Assembly: GCA_031269465.1 (NCBI GenBank)
Contig: JAISZB010000069.1
Location: 1 to 18,667, forward strand
DNA length: 18,667 nt
Direction of reading: 5' to 3'
Origin: Clostridiales bacterium
GTDB lineage: Bacteria > Bacillota > Clostridia > Lachnospirales > WQUN01
In this document: positions 15,802-18,667 of the stretch, one piece after another
Position numbering within the stretch: position 1 is the stretch's first letter
Layout of the letters: the number at the start of each line of letters is the position of its first letter
Made by a program: the position numbers and the translations under genes
The notes under the pieces: model-generated
The model's database searches: none
The model's input: the letters and a program-made list of their open reading frames with translations, nothing else
What the model was told of the DNA's origin: nothing

Positions 15802-17568
15802 ATGGAAGAAAATTTCGAAGATTTGCTTGACCGTATGCTTACAGCTCTGCATGCCGCTGAAAAGAGACATCGGGCGGTTCGAGACAGCGCATCCGACAGC
15901 AGTAATTGGAGCGCCTACGACAATGAAGTTAAATTTATTTCTGACATAATCAAATGGCGAAGAGACTTAGAGCCGCTTCGTATGCATATTGTCAGTTCCG
16001 GGGCGGTAATCGTCGAGGATGTTCCTCAAGCTGCTGGTTCATCTGACAAAGAGCCCGTTCCAGTCAGCGTTGAGGATGATCCCGCGGCCCATCGCTTCGA
16101 CGATGAGCGCATAGGGCGTTATGTAAGGCGGAAAATGAAAGATTTGAGCAATGCGGGGTTTGCGTTCCCGGCTGAAGGCATTGCGAATCTGCAAAATGCC
16201 CAGTGGTGCTTTCAGGTTCTAAATATAGCGCACCCTTTCTTTTTGCAAACAACACAGAAAGCGACTCATTATTGGAAAAGTGATATTTTTATATTTAACG
16301 GCAGGTCATTCCGCCTCTGTATGGAATGGTACAATGATCTGTATAGGGGCCGCAGCCAGCGCGAATGCTTCGACAACTGGTATAATAGCCTATCCATTGA
16401 TACAAGTTCCGAGTCTTTTAAAGACGGCGAAGAAATCAGAATCGGCGAATATATTCGCAGCAAACTCCGAGAGTTGAGCAACAGCGGGTTTGCATTTACT
16501 GAAGATCAGATAAAGCAGCTAGGTGATGTAGAATGGAGCAGTGTGACATTTGCCAAGAAATCTTTTTTGCCAATTGCGAGAATTGCAAAGAGAAATCAAG
16601 ATATTAGCCTGCAAATAAGAGACGATAGAGGTAAAGTCAGATATTGGAATGAGTTGTTTTCTTTCGGAAAAACTGACTTGCTGTTTACTAACAGATGGAA
16701 ACTGCGGAATAGGGAGAGCTTCGATAGGTGGTACGAAAAACTCTCGCAAGTTGAAAAAACAATTGCGGCTGATACCCTTATATTTAGAAAGACTGTGAAC
16801 TGGTCTATGCTGAATTACGGATTTTCAGTGCCAGCATCAAATTGGGGGCTTTTATTTGACGCGATAGGGGGAGCTGTTGATAGGGCCGCCGGTCGGAAAG
16901 TATCTGTGGATGTAGCAGGCGTAAGTTGTACAGCGCTTGTTTCTTGTTCAGTGAGCGGAAATAAAAAGACGGTTCAAATACGCTATCCTCAGAACAGCGG
17001 CATACTATCTTATCTTAGAGAGAGCTTTGCTGATATTTACGCCTATTGCATTCAAGAACGCAACCTTCACGGCAAGGACAGGCGCATTGACATCCCCTCC
17101 GATATGGAAGGAAGCATAAGCATTTACGCGGCAAAAGAGCAGAAAGCACTGAGAATTGACTGCGGATCTCATAAGATAGGAAATGGCGTTGAGGCGCAGG
17201 CTGAAACGGTAATTATTCATGCTAAATCACAATTTAATGGGGATGGCATCGTAGAGGTTTCTAATTCTTTTGTTCCGATTTTGAAATTCCCAGACAGAAA
17301 TTTTATTATTTGCGCCAAGCTTAATGCGGATGCTCAATCGGTTTCGTTTAGAGCTGAGGCGGAAGGCAGCCCGCATGCCGAAAAATCTCTCACGGTCGCC
17401 CATCTAAAAGAAGTCGCTCTGCTTGAAAGGAGCAAACGCATTCATCGAGTCGCTGTTCCAGAGAGCGTGAATGTCAGAAAGAAAATGATGTTTATGGCGT
17501 GGATTGACCCTCCGGGGATTAACATTCAGGAAGAAACGCCAATATCCCAACCTTTGGAAGAGCCCTGA
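15802..17568 (+). CDS. Hypothetical protein, 589 aa (596 aa from the upstream ATG at 15778), with two ~100-aa internal repeats; no recognisable domain
   Basis: The long ORF is the only open frame on either strand here. GGAGG lies 5 nt upstream of the ATG at 15802. Repeat 1 (aa ~106-205) is DDERIGRYVRRKMKDLSNAGFAFPAEGIANLQNAQW…FNGRSFRLCMEWYNDLYRGRSQRECFDNWYNSLS. Repeat 2 (aa ~216-323) is GEEIRIGEYIRSKLRELSNSGFAFTEDQIKQLGDVEWS…FTNRWKLRNRESFDRWYEKLS. The shared motifs are IG.Y(V/I)R.K(M/L)(K/R)(D/E)LSN.GFAF and (E/R)(C/S)FD.WY..LS. The C-terminal ~270 aa are non-repetitive. Confidence 0.75.
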   Translation: MEENFEDLLDRMLTALHAAEKRHRAVRDSASDSSNWSAYDNEVKFISDIIKWRRDLEPLRMHIVSSGAVIVEDVPQAAGSSDKEPVPVSVEDDPAAHRFDDERIGRYVRRKMKDLSNAGFAFPAEGIANLQNAQWCFQVLNIAHPFFLQTTQKATHYWKSDIFIFNGRSFRLCMEWYNDLYRGRSQRECFDNWYNSLSIDTSSESFKDGEEIRIGEYIRSKLRELSNSGFAFTEDQIKQLGDVEWSSVTFAKKSFLPIARIAKRNQDISLQIRDDRGKVRYWNELFSFGKTDLLFTNRWKLRNRESFDRWYEKLSQVEKTIAADTLIFRKTVNWSMLNYGFSVPASNWGLLFDAIGGAVDRAAGRKVSVDVAGVSCTALVSCSVSGNKKTVQIRYPQNSGILSYLRESFADIYAYCIQERNLHGKDRRIDIPSDMEGSISIYAAKEQKALRIDCGSHKIGNGVEAQAETVIIHAKSQFNGDGIVEVSNSFVPILKFPDRNFIICAKLNADAQSVSFRAEAEGSPHAEKSLTVAHLKEVALLERSKRIHRVAVPESVNVRKKMMFMAWIDPPGINIQEETPISQPLEEP

Positions 17569-17725
17569 AATTCCCCATGTTTGGCGAAGAATATGCAGGC
17601 GCAAGTTGAATGAGATGCATGTCAGGGTTTGGAAGCCAATGGCATTGCATAGTCGGCATACTATGGCGGCTATGGATAAGGATGGCGAAGCAAGTGTTGC
17701 TCCGCGCATTAATTTTAGCTATGTA

Positions 17726-17822
17726 GATTTGCATATGAAAGTTGCGGATTATGGAGCTTGATTATCCAACGGATAATCAAGCTCCATAATCGGTGCATTT
17801 GACCGTAAATCGGCATATATGC
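17726..17822. repeat. Composite nested-hairpin repeat, copy C (base form without the inserted hairpin)
   Basis: GATTTGCATATGAAAGTTGCGGATTATGGAGC followed by the perfect 15-bp palindrome GGAGCTTGATTATCC-aac-GGATAATCAAGCTCC (17753-17785), then ATAATCGGTGCATTTGACCGTAAATCGGCATATATGC. Same orientation as copy A, ~16.2 kb away. Confidence 0.6.
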
Positions 17823-18124
17823 AGTCCGAAATACAGTTCAACGCAAACGCTTGCCAAATGGCTTTTGGATAGAAAGCGCACTCTATTTATTGCGTCGTTG
17901 CCGGCAGTTGCCAGAAAAACGGAGGTATTAGCCTGAAGAGCTGCAAGTTGAAACTTTGGAGGTTCAGCGATGATAGACGCGACAAGAAGATTGGGTGAGC
18001 CTGCCCTTCATATGGCAAGGCTATCCGAACCTTCACTTCAAAGCTCAGAGGGATTCTCGCATTGCATCCGAAAAAAACAGCTGGAGGATTGCCTCGCTGG
18101 GCAGTTGCTCCTGGTTGCCTGCTG

Positions 18125-18478
18125 CTATACTGCGGCAATCTTCACTTGCGAGGAAGGCAATTCGCTGCATGACGCGCTTACAATCATTTCAGGGCTTTCT
18201 GATGCTTGCGCTACTGCCATAATTCTACCCCGCCAAGTTTTTCCTTTTGGCTGCGCGTAATTCTGGCAACCTGCGGGATCTCCTGATCCCATGGCTAAAA
18301 ATACTCCGCCTTCCACAGTAAAAGACAGCTCCAGATCTTCGTTCGGACAAATGCATTCAGATTCATCACAGTTGTTATGCGGCGGATACCAGGACAATTT
18401 AACGCCCATTACATAATGCGTTAACTGGTGTTTTGTGGCGTACACAATGCAGCTTTGCTTAATTGGAATAAGTTGCAA
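18125..18478 (-). CDS. Hypothetical protein; start uncertain (TTG at 18478 or ATG at 18409)
   Basis: The minus-strand ORF …MGVKLSWYPPHNNCDESECICPNEDLELSFTVEGGVFLAMGSGDPAGCQNYAQPKGKTWRGRIMAVAQASESPEMIV… looks more protein-like than the overlapping plus-strand ORF 17970-18260. No clear SD. An AT-rich putative regulatory region with the palindrome AAATTGAtTCAATTT (18576-18590) lies upstream. Confidence 0.25.
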   Translation of the reverse strand: MQLIPIKQSCIVYATKHQLTHYVMGVKLSWYPPHNNCDESECICPNEDLELSFTVEGGVFLAMGSGDPAGCQNYAQPKGKTWRGRIMAVAQASESPEMIVSASCSELPSSQVKIAAV

Positions 18479-18667
18479 ATGTCGAATTGAGCTGAATAAT
18501 TGAATAAATTACAATCACTCTCCAAGTCAAAATTAAATGATATTTTTTGCTGAATCAAATCGAATTAGACAAAATATCAACTTAAAATTGATTCAATTTA
18601 ATGAAATTTAATTTAAATTGCCTGTTATTGTTGATATTTGCGCGTCTGCAAAGCTTCTTATCCGGTG

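Noticed and set aside
17504-17761. 85-aa plus-strand and 71-aa minus-strand ORFs overlapping the end of the 589-aa gene and repeat copy C
   Set aside because: They overlap a well-supported CDS and a structured repeat. The shared '…CTTGA' ORF ends in copies B and C come from the repeat sequence itself, not from coding.
17970-18260. 96-aa plus-strand ORF
   Set aside because: It overlaps the more protein-like minus-strand ORF 18125-18478, is Cys/Leu/Ala-rich, and has no SD.

Overview
The window is a mosaic accessory region with no rRNA, tRNA or CRISPR, and it shows sharp compositional breaks: low-GC blocks alternate with a roughly 60-65 % GC block at ~5.8-9.7 kb.

Intact or near-intact genes:
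- A large minus-strand gene (2444-5008) encodes an SPFH/band-7 (stomatin/flotillin-like) domain protein whose N-terminal two-thirds is a perfectly periodic 66-aa tandem array (8 copies plus a 9th that forms the start of the SPFH core). I do not recognise this architecture.
- A Phd/YefM-type antitoxin and a VapC PIN toxin overlap by the 4-bp ATGA motif (10024-10814).
- A CPBP (CAAX/Abi) intramembrane protease is translationally coupled, via another ATGA overlap, to a RidA-family gene (12904-11710, minus).
- A 589-aa plus-strand protein (15802-17568) has two ~100-aa internal repeats and no domain I can name.

Mobile-element debris:
- A degenerate ISAs1-family transposase remnant (~5990-6870).
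- Three consecutive tyrosine-recombinase genes in one orientation (7091-9720), resembling a recombinase-in-trio (RIT) element, with the third copy 3'-truncated.
- A large-serine-recombinase N-terminal fragment (11313-11689), preceded by a small co-oriented ORF.
- A 111-bp MITE-like insertion with 12-bp terminal inverted repeats and a perfect 8-bp target duplication, sitting inside a TetR-family regulator gene (13694-13820).
- An OppF/DppF-like ABC ATPase pseudogene (716-1368).

Repeats: a composite nested-hairpin repeat family occurs three times (1460-1594, 14681-14815, 17726-17822). The outer two copies are co-oriented and bracket ~16 kb that holds almost all of the accessory content.

Caveat: at least six reading-frame breaks (TetR, serine recombinase, RidA, CPBP, recombinases 1 and 3) are single-base length changes inside homopolymer runs, five -1 deletions and one +1 insertion. 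Several 'pseudogenes' may therefore be sequencing or assembly artefacts.
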